Positions 19,513-30,056 of a stretch of 64,000 bases of DNA are shown one piece after another. The notes below the pieces were generated by a model, which made no database searches, was not told where the DNA came from, and saw only the letters and a program-made list of their open reading frames with translations. How positions within the stretch are numbered: position 1 is the stretch's first letter; each line of letters begins with the position of its first letter. This stretch comes from a bacterium (GTDB taxonomy: Bacteria; Zhuqueibacterota; Zhuqueibacteria; Residuimicrobiales; Krinioviventaceae). The stretch covers positions 1,856,001 through 1,920,000 of the forward strand of contig OY843751.1 in the NCBI GenBank assembly GCA_963693055.1. The letters run 5' to 3'. A program made the translations under genes and the position numbers.

Positions 19513-21672
19513 ATGAAAAAAAATATTCTAGTATGTTTGATGATTTTTGTTTCTGCAATATCTGGTTTTGCTGATGTTTCAGATTGGACAACTTTTACCA
19601 ATGCCGATGATGTACGGGATTTTGTTATTGTAAATAGCACCTTATGGAATGCAACAAATGGTGGTTTATTAACATTGGATCTGAACACATATGAATTTTC
19701 AAAATATACGAATATTGATGGATTAAAAGATATACTATTGTCAACACTCACTGTTGATAAATATAATAATATCTGGGTGGCCATGGAAGATGGAACCATT
19801 CAACGTTTTGATCCTGATTCTAAAACTTGGGATATGATCTCTGATTATGAGGGATATACGGTAAATGATCTTTTTGCAATTGGTGATTCTGTTTTTGTTG
19901 GTTTAAATATTGGCATAAGCCTGTTTGATTCATACCGTTGGGAAGTAAAAGAAACATATAAAATTGGTGATGTAAATAATATTGCTGTTGTAAATAATTC
20001 AATTTGGGCGGCAACCTCAATGGGAGTCAAGACTGCCAGTCTTGATTTTCCTAATCTTATAGCACCCAGTGCCTGGACAACCTACACAACTTCACATGGG
20101 CTTCCTGATAATAATGTTATGGTCGTTCATGGCGCAGATGGTGTAATATATGCCGGAACGGAAAACGGTCTTGTCTCTTTTCAAAATGGTTTATGGGGAA
20201 ATATCGCTTTTGAAAATGTTGATATAAATGCCATTTGCGACTGGAATGATACAGTATTGCTATCAACAAGATCAGCAATTTATTATTTAAATGAAAATAG
20301 CTGGACCCAACTGGCTGGGTATAGCAATATCACTCAACTTTGTGCAGAATCTAATGGTCACATTTGGGCCAGCCAGGGTGATAACGGACTCTATATGTAT
20401 GATGGCAACAATTGGACCCACCACATTCCCAATGGCCCTTCAACCAATAATTTTGCTGCACTGGCTGTTGATAAAACGGGCAACTTGTGGACAGCTTCTG
20501 CAAGTGATGGGATATCCATGTTTAATGGTACCGAATGGTTTAATTATTCAACTCGAAATGGGTATTTAAATTCTAACGATTTTCGTGATCTTGAAGTTGA
20601 TAATCAAAACAGGGTTTGGGCTGCAAGTTATGGCGGTGGTGTAACCGTCTTTACTCCTAACGGAGATGATACTTTTGATTTAACTTTATTTTATACTGAT
20701 CATTTGTCAGGAAGCGCCGGCAGCCCCAATTATGTTCCCACTCATGGTGTGAAATTGGATGATCAGGGGAATATGTGGATTTTAAATTATGCTGCAGCCA
20801 GTAATAATCCGGTAGCTGTTGTAGATTCTACTTTTGAGCATTGGCAGTATTTTTCAGTTTCAGATGGTATTCGGTCAAAAGACCTGGTGACAATGGAATT
20901 TGACCAGTACGGACGGAAGTGGTTCGGCTCTACAAGCGGTGGTGTATTTGTTTTGAATGACAATAATACACCCTTTGATAAATCTGATGATCAGCTTGAA
21001 GGCACTTTGACCAGTGTTGATGGACTAGCAAGTAACAATGTTACATCATTGGTGATGGATCTTGATTATATTATGTACATTGGTACCCCTGAAGGTTTAA
21101 ATACATATTTTTCAGGCGAATTGAGTGAATATCTTGATAATCGTGTAATCAACAGTACTATTAATACAATAATGCTGGATGGTGTTAATAATAAATGGGT
21201 AGGAACAAGTGGCGGTCTAAGTATGCTTCACTCGGACGGGTTTGATACTACGCATTATGTTTCAGAGACCCATCCTCTGGTGTCAGATAATGTAACCAGC
21301 CTGGCATTTAATGAAGATACGGGAGAGTTGTTTATAGGTACTACCAATGGTCTTTCCCGGTTTGTTACACCCTATACACGTCCTCAGGAAACGTTAAATT
21401 TAGTTAAAGGTTATCCAAATCCGTTTGTTCTTGAATCCGCCATGTCTCGATTTTATATTGATAACCTGGGTAGAGAATCACAGGTACGTATATTTACTGC
21501 TGAAGGATATTTTGTAACCCAGTTAACGGATAGTCAGGTTATGGGCTCTCGTGCGGTATGGGACGGTAAAAATGACCGTGGAGAATGGGTAGCCAGCGGT
21601 GTATATTTATATCAGATAATCACCCAGGATGGTGATACAAGTGTGGGTAAGGTTGCAGTTGTTCATCCTTAA
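19513..21672 (+). CDS. Secreted beta-propeller protein with C-terminal T9SS-type/FlgD-Ig domain (PorZ-like)
   Basis: Signal peptide; repeated propeller blades (D..G..W.GT..GL); C-terminus YPNPF...IFT..G..V...WDGKNDRGEWVASGVYLY. Confidence 0.65.
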   Translation: MKKNILVCLMIFVSAISGFADVSDWTTFTNADDVRDFVIVNSTLWNATNGGLLTLDLNTYEFSKYTNIDGLKDILLSTLTVDKYNNIWVAMEDGTIQRFDPDSKTWDMISDYEGYTVNDLFAIGDSVFVGLNIGISLFDSYRWEVKETYKIGDVNNIAVVNNSIWAATSMGVKTASLDFPNLIAPSAWTTYTTSHGLPDNNVMVVHGADGVIYAGTENGLVSFQNGLWGNIAFENVDINAICDWNDTVLLSTRSAIYYLNENSWTQLAGYSNITQLCAESNGHIWASQGDNGLYMYDGNNWTHHIPNGPSTNNFAALAVDKTGNLWTASASDGISMFNGTEWFNYSTRNGYLNSNDFRDLEVDNQNRVWAASYGGGVTVFTPNGDDTFDLTLFYTDHLSGSAGSPNYVPTHGVKLDDQGNMWILNYAAASNNPVAVVDSTFEHWQYFSVSDGIRSKDLVTMEFDQYGRKWFGSTSGGVFVLNDNNTPFDKSDDQLEGTLTSVDGLASNNVTSLVMDLDYIMYIGTPEGLNTYFSGELSEYLDNRVINSTINTIMLDGVNNKWVGTSGGLSMLHSDGFDTTHYVSETHPLVSDNVTSLAFNEDTGELFIGTTNGLSRFVTPYTRPQETLNLVKGYPNPFVLESAMSRFYIDNLGRESQVRIFTAEGYFVTQLTDSQVMGSRAVWDGKNDRGEWVASGVYLYQIITQDGDTSVGKVAVVHP

Positions 21673-21755
21673 TTTTTAAATTTTTATTTTTCTATTTGTA
21701 TTGTTCAAAATCTTGCTTATTTTTTATCTGTTTATTACAGATTAGATGAATTAAT

Positions 21756-23483
21756 ATGCTTAAAACATTATCAATAAAAAATTTTGCCCTAGTAGATCAA
21801 TTAAAAGTTGATTTTAATACCGGTCTAAATATAATTACAGGTGAGACGGGTACCGGTAAATCTATTATTATTGGTGCATTGGGAATTATTTTAGGTGAGA
21901 AATTCAAGATCGATACGCTACGGCATGGAGCAGATAAATCTGTACTTGAAGCAGAGTTTGAAATAGAAAATGCACCTGAATTGTTTGAATATCTGAATGA
22001 ACAAGATGTTGATTCGGATGGGAATTATGTAATTATTCGTCGGGAATTAAATGAATCCGGACGAAGTAGAAGTTTTATCAATGACACACCTGTTTCAATG
22101 CCTATACTGGAACATGTTGGGAATTTGTTGGTTGACTTGCATGGACAACACCAGCACCAGTTACTGTTGCAAAGTTTTAGACATATTTCATACCTTGATA
22201 ATTTTGCAAATATTGCGGAAAAGGTAGATGAATATAAAACGATCTATACAGGATATTTGGATTTAAAAAAACAACTGGATGAAATTGTAACTCGTGAAAA
22301 AGAAATAAAGCAAGCCAGTCAAATGTACGAGTTTCAATTAAACGAGATTAATTCTGTTGATCCAAAGCCGGAAGAGTTGGATGAGGCTGTCAAAGAAGAA
22401 CGGATTTTAAAAAATTCTGAAAAGCTTTTTGACATTACTCATATATTGTTCCGTCAACTATATGAAGAAAAAGGTTCTGTTACTGAAATTCTGAGTTCTG
22501 CTAAAATTAAATTGGATTCGCTGATTCCTATTGATGAATCTTTTGGCAGTTTAAAAGAAGAATGTGAAAATGCATCAATAATAATTCAAGAGCTTGCAAA
22601 TGCTCTGGGTGATTATAGCAGCAAAATTCAATTTGATCCTGATAGATTAGAAACGTTACGGCAGCGTATTGCTGTTTTAAACGGTTTATTGAAAAAATAT
22701 GGTGGCACGATTGATGCAGTTCTGGAGCATAAAGAACATTTGCAAAAAGAACTTGACCGTATTGACAATTTTGATGAAGAGATAGCTCATATTCGCAAGC
22801 AAACGGATACGGCTTTAACTCAATTAAAAAATAAAGGGTTAGAGCTTTCTAAAATCCGAATAGAGTTTGCTGAAAAATTAAGTGACTCTGTTACTAATGA
22901 ATTGGCATCTTTGGGTATGTCCAAATCAAGATTCGATGTATCAGTTCGTTACAATAATTCAGGTAATGATAACAATATTGCTATTGATGGAGAGACTGTC
23001 AAGGTTACTCAAAAGGGCCTTGATCGGGTTGAATTTATGATTTCCGCAAATCCTGGAGAAGCATTAAAACCTTTGACAATGGTAGCATCCGGAGGTGAGA
23101 TATCTAGAATTATGCTTGCATTAAAGTCTTTATTGGCAGAAGCGGATCATGTTCCGGTACTGATTTTTGATGAGATTGATATTGGTATTTCCGGAAGAAT
23201 TGCACAGGCTGTTGGTAAGAGTATGAAAAAACTGGCCCATTCGCATCAAATATTATGTATTACCCATTTACCCCAAATTGCAAGTTTGGGAGATTACCAC
23301 TATCTGGTTGAAAAAAAACAAGATGATCATTCAACACAAACTTCAATACGAATTCTTGAAAAATCTGAAAGAGTTGAACACATTGCCCGATTGATTGGCG
23401 GCGATACCTTGTCTGATGCACATTTGTCAAGTGCTGCGGAATTATTGAATGAATCTGAATCAAGTAAGACAAAAATATTATAG
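21756..23483 (+). CDS. recN: DNA repair protein RecN
   Basis: ITGETGTGKS Walker A, LHGQH, coiled coil, ASGGEISR, FDEIDIGISG, ITHLPQIA. Confidence 0.97.
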   Translation: MLKTLSIKNFALVDQLKVDFNTGLNIITGETGTGKSIIIGALGIILGEKFKIDTLRHGADKSVLEAEFEIENAPELFEYLNEQDVDSDGNYVIIRRELNESGRSRSFINDTPVSMPILEHVGNLLVDLHGQHQHQLLLQSFRHISYLDNFANIAEKVDEYKTIYTGYLDLKKQLDEIVTREKEIKQASQMYEFQLNEINSVDPKPEELDEAVKEERILKNSEKLFDITHILFRQLYEEKGSVTEILSSAKIKLDSLIPIDESFGSLKEECENASIIIQELANALGDYSSKIQFDPDRLETLRQRIAVLNGLLKKYGGTIDAVLEHKEHLQKELDRIDNFDEEIAHIRKQTDTALTQLKNKGLELSKIRIEFAEKLSDSVTNELASLGMSKSRFDVSVRYNNSGNDNNIAIDGETVKVTQKGLDRVEFMISANPGEALKPLTMVASGGEISRIMLALKSLLAEADHVPVLIFDEIDIGISGRIAQAVGKSMKKLAHSHQILCITHLPQIASLGDYHYLVEKKQDDHSTQTSIRILEKSERVEHIARLIGGDTLSDAHLSSAAELLNESESSKTKIL

Positions 23484-23494
23484 GAGAGGGGCTC

Positions 23495-24478
23495 ATGTCT
23501 GTTTTAAAAATTAAATCACTTGGAATATTGACCTTGACGTTAATGCTCTGTTTGTTTTGGGGGTGTGCATCTCAACAAGCATCCTTAATGGAAGATGAAT
23601 TTGACTCTGATAGTGATATTGATGCAGAGCTTGAAGATCTGTTTGATTTAAACGATATGAGTGTTGCAGACAGTAATAATGAATTGAATGCAAGCGAAGA
23701 TTTTTTGACCAGACTGGAATCTGATGCTCCTTTTCAAAAAGCAGAAGAAGAACCTTTTGCTCCTGTTGCTCAAAGTCAATCTGAAGAAGAATCGCTGCAA
23801 GAAGTTCTGGCGCTATTGCTGGATGACGATGAGGAAGAAGATCCCTTTCCCACAACGATGGATTCATTTAATTCAATGGAGACGTTTACTCCTGTTGAAC
23901 AATCTGAATCTGAAACAACAGGATTAGAGTCTTATGCCCTTGAAAATGATGTATTGAGGCTTGAAGATGAGTTGGAAAATAAAAATCAGGAAGCCCAAAG
24001 ATTGCGTCTACTGATTGATGAGAAAAATAAACGAATTGAACAATTGGAGCGTAATGGCACCCCTACACAAACCAGGGCACAACCCAGATCTTCTGTTGTT
24101 GTAAATACCAGCCAGTTTTCTGAAGGTTATGCTTCTGCGCGTTCTTTATTTGAGAGCTTTAAATATTCTGATGCGCTTGCAGCTTTTAAAAGTTTACTGG
24201 CATCTCAACCCAATCATTATATGGCTGACAATTGCCAGTATTGGATTGGTGAATGTTATTTTGGTCTAAAGCAATATGACCAGGCAGTAGTCGAGTTTGA
24301 AAAAGTTTTCTCATTTAGTAGAAAAGATAAATTTGATGATGCACAAATGATGATTGCGTTATCATATATTCGTAATGGTCAACGGGATATGGCAAAACAG
24401 GCTTTTGATAAATTGTTTAGCAATTATCCTGATAGTGAATATTCAGCACGTGCCCGTAAAATGTACCAAAATTTATAA
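23495..24478 (+). CDS. CpoB/YbgF-like TPR lipoprotein with long acidic linker
   Basis: Lipobox FWGC; acidic region; coiled coil; C-terminal TPRs (ADNCQYWIGECYF...YPDSEYS). Confidence 0.75.
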   Translation: MSVLKIKSLGILTLTLMLCLFWGCASQQASLMEDEFDSDSDIDAELEDLFDLNDMSVADSNNELNASEDFLTRLESDAPFQKAEEEPFAPVAQSQSEEESLQEVLALLLDDDEEEDPFPTTMDSFNSMETFTPVEQSESETTGLESYALENDVLRLEDELENKNQEAQRLRLLIDEKNKRIEQLERNGTPTQTRAQPRSSVVVNTSQFSEGYASARSLFESFKYSDALAAFKSLLASQPNHYMADNCQYWIGECYFGLKQYDQAVVEFEKVFSFSRKDKFDDAQMMIALSYIRNGQRDMAKQAFDKLFSNYPDSEYSARARKMYQNL

Positions 24479-24508
24479 AAAACTGTTTTTCTTCGAAATG
24501 AATTCTTG

Positions 24509-24536
24509 CGGGGTCATGTTGTAAAATATGACCCTG
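24509..24536 (+). terminator. Possible terminator hairpin after the cpoB-like gene
   Basis: CGGGGTCATGTT-GTAA-AATATGACCCTG; weak U-tract. Confidence 0.4.
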
Positions 24537-24595
24537 AAATTGTTTTTAACAATTTCCCACCTTGAATATCTGTAATAAAATTCTGAGAGGTTCTA

Positions 24596-27500
24596 GTGTC
24601 CGAGTTTATACATTTGCATAATCATACGCATTTTAGTCTGCTTGATGGCGCATGTCGTATTGAAGATATGGTAACACAAGCGCTTGAATATAATATGGAT
24701 TCACTCGCTATAACAGATCATGGATGTCTTTTTGGTGCTGTTGAGTTTTATCAAAAGTGTACTGCCCGAGAAGTAAAACCCATTATTGGTTGTGAAGTAT
24801 ATTTGGCTCCCGGAAGTCGTTTTGATAAAAAGACAGGTGACAAAACAGGCACAGCTTATCATCTGGTTTTATTGAGCAAGAATGAAACCGGATATAAAAA
24901 TCTTATGAAGCTGGTATCTATGGGATACCTTGAAGGATTTTATTACAAGCCCAGAATTGACTGGGAGATCCTCAGTCAATATTCTGAAGGTTTGGTTGCT
25001 CTTAGCGCTTGTTTAAAAGGGGAAGTTTCTCAGGCAATATTAAAAAAGGGGAAATCTGACGCTTTAAATGTTATAGAGAAATATAAAAATACCTTTGGTG
25101 ATGATTTTTATCTTGAAGTTCAAAATCATGGCATTCCTGAAGAAGATACAGTTCGGGAAAATATTATTCAAATTGCCAGTGAAAATGATCTCAAGGTTGT
25201 CGCTACAAACGATATCCATTATTTGAAAAAAGAACATCATGAAGCTCACGATGTTTTGTTATGTTTGCAAACCGGAAAGGATTTTGATGATCCTAACCGT
25301 ATGAAATATTCTACCCACGAGCTCTATTTTAAAAGCCCAAAAGAAATGGCAGCAATGTTTCCCGGCCATCCCGAGCTGCTTGAAAATACTCTTGAAATCG
25401 CTGAAAAATGCAACATGACCATGAATTTTAAAGAGTATCTCATTCCTGATTTCGAGATACCTCCTGATGATGGATCAAAAGATCTGGGCGAATACCTTCG
25501 AAAACTTTCATTTGAGGGATTAAAAGAAAGATATGATGAAATAACACCTGAATTAACCGAACGTCTGGATATGGAATTGGATATTATTATATCCATGGGT
25601 TATGCCGGTTATTTTCTAATTACCTGGGATTTTATCCGTTACGCACGAGAAAATGATATACCGGTTGGGCCAGGACGTGGATCGGCTGCAGGTAGTTTAA
25701 TTTCTTATTGTTTGCATATCACAAACCTTGATCCCATGCGATATAATTTGATTTTTGAAAGGTTTTTAAATCCCGAACGTGTCAGCATGCCTGATATTGA
25801 TATTGACTTTTGCTATGAACGCCGTGAAGAAGTCATTGATTATGTAAAAGAAAAATATGGTTATAATAATGTTTGCCAGATCATAACCTTTGGTACAATG
25901 GCTGCCCGCGGAGTAATTCGTGATGTTGGTCGTGTATTGAAAATGAGTTATGGTGAGGTAGACAAGATAGCCAAACTGGTTCCAACTCAAATTAATATAA
26001 AGCTGGCAAAAGCAATGGAACAGGTCCAGGAGCTGCGAGAGTTGGAAAATAAAGATTCTCAGCATAAACGTTTGTTCCAGTTTTCCCGGGTTTTGGAAGG
26101 GCTTGCGCGTCATGCTTCCACTCACGCTGCGGGGGTTGTAATTGCTCCCAAGGAATTAACCAATTACGTGCCCCTTTATAAAACCAAAGATGGCGATATT
26201 ACAACCCAATACGAAATGAAGGTATTGGATGATGTGGGCCTTTTGAAAATGGACTTTTTGGGTTTACGTACACTTACTGTAATTCAAAAAGCGGTTGATT
26301 CTTTAAAAGAGAAAAACATCCATATTGATATTGATCATATTGATATTCAGGATAGTAAAGTTTACGAGTTATTTTCACGCGGTGAAACCGTTGGCGTGTT
26401 CCAGTTTGAATCTTCAGGAATGCAAGAATATCTCAAAAAATTGCAGCCTGAATGTCTTGAAGATCTAATTGCTATGAACTCTTTGTATCGTCCGGGTCCT
26501 ATGGATTTTATTGATGATTTTATTAGAGGTAAAAAGGACAATACCAAAGTTAAATATATCCACCCCATACTTGAAGATATTCTCAAAGAGACCTATGGTA
26601 TTGCGGTATACCAGGAACAGGTAATGAAAATGGCAAGTGTGGTGGGTGGTTTTACCCTGGGTGGCTCTGATATCCTTCGCCGTGCTATGGGTAAAAAGAA
26701 AGTTGATGTTATGCAGGCTAAGCGTGTGGAATTTGTTGAAGGTGCTGCAGAACGTGGTGTGCCTGAAAAGCAGGCCAATGAAATTTTTGACATGATGGAA
26801 AAGTTTGCCGGGTACGGTTTTAACAAGTCTCACGCTGCTTGTTATTCTCTGGTTGCTTTTCAAACTGCTTTTTTGAAAACCCATTATCCTGCCGAGTTTA
26901 TGGCCGCAACCATAAGTAGTGAAATGGGCAGTTCGAACAGAGTTACCATTCTTTTGGAAGAATGCCGTAGAATGGGTTTAAATGTTTTACCTCCTGATGT
27001 GAATGAGAGCTATTCTGATTTCAAGGTTATAGGGGATGACATTCGTTTCGGACTTGGAGCGGTTAAAAATGTGGGATTGGGAGCCATAAAGGCGATAGAA
27101 AAAGCCAGAGATGAAAACGGAAGTTATAAAACAATTTTTGAGCTGTGTCAACGTGTAGATAAATCTACAGTGAACCGTAAGGCGCTTGAAAGTCTTGTGC
27201 TTGCCGGTGCTATGGATTCACTGGATGGCACACGTGCCCAGCTTTTTGATGCTATTGATACTGCGGTTGATTTTGCACAAAAAACACAGGCAGACAGTAA
27301 TAGCAATCAGGCATCTATATTTGATATGGAAACTACTGAAATGGCAATTGCTGAACCTCTGTTAAATGATGTTGATGAATGGTCACAAACCGATGTCCTC
27401 AACAAGGAAAAAGAGATTCTTGGGTTTTATCTTTCAGGTCACCCGCTTGATAAATTCAGAGAAGAAGTCTATACGTATTCCACTGTCACAATCGATTCTG

Positions 27501-28018
27501 TTGGTGAACTTAAAGATGGTTCTAGTGTACGGTTATGCGGTATCATTACCGATTTAAAGAAACATATTGATCGTAAAAATCGCACTATGGCCTTTTTCAA
27601 GATTGAAGATTTTACCGGGAATATTGAAGGTTTGGCGTTCTCTATTCCCTATGAAAAGTATAAAGACTTTATTTTTGAAGATTCAATGATTATGGCAATT
27701 GGCAAGATCAATACCCGTGAATCAGAGTCTCCTAAAATATTGATTGAAGAAGTTATTACGCTTGAAGAAGCGCGTAAACGCTATACTAAAAATTTATGTG
27801 TATCTTTACAAACCGATTCGATTTCAGATGAACTGCTAGCAGAAGTGAAACAGCTTTTGGAACAATGTCAGGGACAGGTTCCGGTTTATTTTAATGTAAA
27901 AACGCCAGACAAAGGCGATTATATGTTAAGATCCAAGTCTTTGAAAATTGCACCAAATCTAGATCTGGTAGAACAATTGCGTGACAAGGTTGGCAGAGAA
28001 AATGTGTGGATTGGGTAA
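24596..28018 (+). CDS. dnaE: DNA polymerase III alpha subunit
   Basis: HLHNHTHFSLLDG PHP domain, GPGRGSAAGS, MPDIDIDF, KMDFLGL, YGFNKSH, OB fold. 1140 aa, no intein seen. Confidence 0.98.
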   Translation: MSEFIHLHNHTHFSLLDGACRIEDMVTQALEYNMDSLAITDHGCLFGAVEFYQKCTAREVKPIIGCEVYLAPGSRFDKKTGDKTGTAYHLVLLSKNETGYKNLMKLVSMGYLEGFYYKPRIDWEILSQYSEGLVALSACLKGEVSQAILKKGKSDALNVIEKYKNTFGDDFYLEVQNHGIPEEDTVRENIIQIASENDLKVVATNDIHYLKKEHHEAHDVLLCLQTGKDFDDPNRMKYSTHELYFKSPKEMAAMFPGHPELLENTLEIAEKCNMTMNFKEYLIPDFEIPPDDGSKDLGEYLRKLSFEGLKERYDEITPELTERLDMELDIIISMGYAGYFLITWDFIRYARENDIPVGPGRGSAAGSLISYCLHITNLDPMRYNLIFERFLNPERVSMPDIDIDFCYERREEVIDYVKEKYGYNNVCQIITFGTMAARGVIRDVGRVLKMSYGEVDKIAKLVPTQINIKLAKAMEQVQELRELENKDSQHKRLFQFSRVLEGLARHASTHAAGVVIAPKELTNYVPLYKTKDGDITTQYEMKVLDDVGLLKMDFLGLRTLTVIQKAVDSLKEKNIHIDIDHIDIQDSKVYELFSRGETVGVFQFESSGMQEYLKKLQPECLEDLIAMNSLYRPGPMDFIDDFIRGKKDNTKVKYIHPILEDILKETYGIAVYQEQVMKMASVVGGFTLGGSDILRRAMGKKKVDVMQAKRVEFVEGAAERGVPEKQANEIFDMMEKFAGYGFNKSHAACYSLVAFQTAFLKTHYPAEFMAATISSEMGSSNRVTILLEECRRMGLNVLPPDVNESYSDFKVIGDDIRFGLGAVKNVGLGAIKAIEKARDENGSYKTIFELCQRVDKSTVNRKALESLVLAGAMDSLDGTRAQLFDAIDTAVDFAQKTQADSNSNQASIFDMETTEMAIAEPLLNDVDEWSQTDVLNKEKEILGFYLSGHPLDKFREEVYTYSTVTIDSVGELKDGSSVRLCGIITDLKKHIDRKNRTMAFFKIEDFTGNIEGLAFSIPYEKYKDFIFEDSMIMAIGKINTRESESPKILIEEVITLEEARKRYTKNLCVSLQTDSISDELLAEVKQLLEQCQGQVPVYFNVKTPDKGDYMLRSKSLKIAPNLDLVEQLRDKVGRENVWIG

Positions 28019-28029
28019 GTGAGGTTTTG

Positions 28030-28308
28030 GTGATAGATCGTGATGAATTGATAATATTATTGGTTGGTTTGGTTGCTATTACTGTTATTACCCGCATTAT
28101 TGCCGGCAAAGTCGTTAAACATTTATCTCCCTCCATTGCAAGATATACCTTTATTTTTACGGGTGTATTGGGTTTATATTATCTTGTTGATATATTAATC
28201 CATATTTCACTTTTTTATCTCAATATTTATTTTTATTTTTGGCTGATTGTAATTTCAATTCAAATCGTCTATTATATTCGTTCAAAATACATGTGGAAAA
28301 ATGACTAG
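28030..28308 (+). CDS. Small hypothetical membrane protein (about 3 TM segments)
   Basis: GTG at 28030 behind GAGG; three hydrophobic stretches; fills the gap between dnaE and RNase H. Confidence 0.55.
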   Translation: MIDRDELIILLVGLVAITVITRIIAGKVVKHLSPSIARYTFIFTGVLGLYYLVDILIHISLFYLNIYFYFWLIVISIQIVYYIRSKYMWKND

Positions 28309-28831
28309 CGAAAAAAAAGTTTGGGATCTTTTAAAATCAAAAACAAGAGCAGAAGCTATAGGAGTATCAGACTCTGACTGGACTGCTTTTGTAAACAAAG
28401 TTGATGTTTTATTTGAAAAACCGAAAATTGAAAAATACAATCTATATTCTGATGGTGCTGCACGCGGCAACCCCGGTCCTTCAGGGGTTGGTATATATAT
28501 TGAAGATGCTCAGGGTAATATCGTTAAACAGCATTTTGAATATTTGGGTGATCAAACTAACAACTGTGCGGAATATATGGCTTTGTCAATAGGCCTGGAT
28601 ATAGCAAAAGATATGGAGCTGGATAATATAACCGTTTTTACAGATAGCGAATTAATGGCGAAACAGTTGAATGGAATTTATAAAGTTAAAAATAAATCGC
28701 TTATTGAATTGTATATGCAGGTTACGCAAAAAATTAATTCCTTTAGTAGTATTGAAATACAACATGTAACTCGTGATAAAAATAAAAATGCTGACCGATT
28801 GGCCAATATGGCAATCGATTCTCATGCTTGA
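28301..28831 (+). CDS. rnhA: Ribonuclease HI family protein with N-terminal extension
   Basis: DGAARGNPGPSG, TNNCAEY, TDSEL, NKNADRLAN. Confidence 0.88.
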   Translation: MTSEKKVWDLLKSKTRAEAIGVSDSDWTAFVNKVDVLFEKPKIEKYNLYSDGAARGNPGPSGVGIYIEDAQGNIVKQHFEYLGDQTNNCAEYMALSIGLDIAKDMELDNITVFTDSELMAKQLNGIYKVKNKSLIELYMQVTQKINSFSSIEIQHVTRDKNKNADRLANMAIDSHA

Positions 28832-28841
28832 GGGAGGAAAT

Positions 28842-29906
28842 ATGAAAGCCCTGATAACCGCTGGCGGTAAAGGTACTCGTCTGCGCCCGTTAACACACAC
28901 TCAAAATAAGCATATGCTTTCTATTGCCAACAAACCTATACTGCATTATGCTATTGAAAAAGTTGTGAATGCAGGGATAACTGAAATAGGTATAGTGACC
29001 AATCAGGAAGGCACCGAAGTTAAAGAAGCCATTGGTGATGGCAGCACCTGGGGTGTTAATATAACATATATTCCTCAAGATGCTCCATTGGGTCTGGCAC
29101 ATGTTGTGAAAATATCTCAGGATTTTATTGGCGATGATTCATTCATATTTTATCTTGGTGATAATATGGTTGTTGGCGGGTTGGAAAAGTTTATTCAGGC
29201 TTTTAAAGAATCCGGTGCCAACTGTCATTTGACACTGTCCAAGGTCAAAGATCCTGAACGTTTTGGCGTTCCGGAGCTCAAAGATGGCCATATCATTGGT
29301 ATTGAAGAAAAACCGAAAGCACCCAAAAGTGAGTATGCCGTTTCGGGTATATATATTTATGACAGCAATATCTTTAAAGCTGTTAATGCTATCGAACCCA
29401 GTGCGAGAGGGGAGCTTGAAATTTCAGATGCACATCAGTACCTGCTTGACAACGGATATCAAATCGGCTATTCTGAAATTACCGGATGGTGGAAAGATAC
29501 CGGCAAGCCTGAAGATATTTTGGAAGCCAACAGACTTGTACTGGAACATACAACAGGTAAAACACTGGGTAATGTAGATTCTCTATCAACCATAACCGGT
29601 GAAGTTGTCATTGAAAAAGGTGCTTCGGTCATTAATAGCGTTGTACGGGGACCGATTGTAATTGGAAGTAATACACGCATTGAGAACAGTTATGTGGGCC
29701 CCTTTACATCTATTGGCAAGAATTGTATCATAAACGAAAGTGAAGTTGAATTTAGTATCATACTCGATTCGTGCAAGATAAATGATGTTGGTGTTCGAAT
29801 AGAAAATAGTCTGTTAGGAACCGGCGCACGTGTTGTACGCGCTACCTCTCGGCCGCAAACGCATCGTTTTATGGTGGGTGATCAAAGCTTGATTGAAATA
29901 CGGTAG
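28842..29906 (+). CDS. rfbA: Glucose-1-phosphate thymidylyltransferase, long form
   Basis: AGGKGTRLRPLT, LGDN, EKP, PSARGELEI, WWKDTG and a hexapeptide-like tail. ATG 28842 behind GGAGG. Confidence 0.88.
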   Translation: MKALITAGGKGTRLRPLTHTQNKHMLSIANKPILHYAIEKVVNAGITEIGIVTNQEGTEVKEAIGDGSTWGVNITYIPQDAPLGLAHVVKISQDFIGDDSFIFYLGDNMVVGGLEKFIQAFKESGANCHLTLSKVKDPERFGVPELKDGHIIGIEEKPKAPKSEYAVSGIYIYDSNIFKAVNAIEPSARGELEISDAHQYLLDNGYQIGYSEITGWWKDTGKPEDILEANRLVLEHTTGKTLGNVDSLSTITGEVVIEKGASVINSVVRGPIVIGSNTRIENSYVGPFTSIGKNCIINESEVEFSIILDSCKINDVGVRIENSLLGTGARVVRATSRPQTHRFMVGDQSLIEIR

Positions 29907-30014
29907 TAAAATTATCATAATGTTAGTAATTTAAAATTACATCTTGCGATTCTTGAAAAAAAATATTACTTTACACTATTAAAATTCTGCACGACAACTC
30001 TAAAATTGACATAC

Positions 30015-30056
30015 AACCCCGATCCGCTGAAGGAAAGCTGGCGAATTGGGGTTTTT
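30015..30056 (+). promoter_or_regulatory. Terminator-like hairpin in the carA leader (possible attenuator)
   Basis: AACCCCGAT-C-CGCT...GGCG-A-ATTGGGGTT followed by TTT, about 40 nt upstream of carA. Confidence 0.45.

Noticed and set aside
24596-28018. Intein in dnaE
   Set aside because: Length (1140 aa) and motif continuity are normal; no splice-junction motifs seen.
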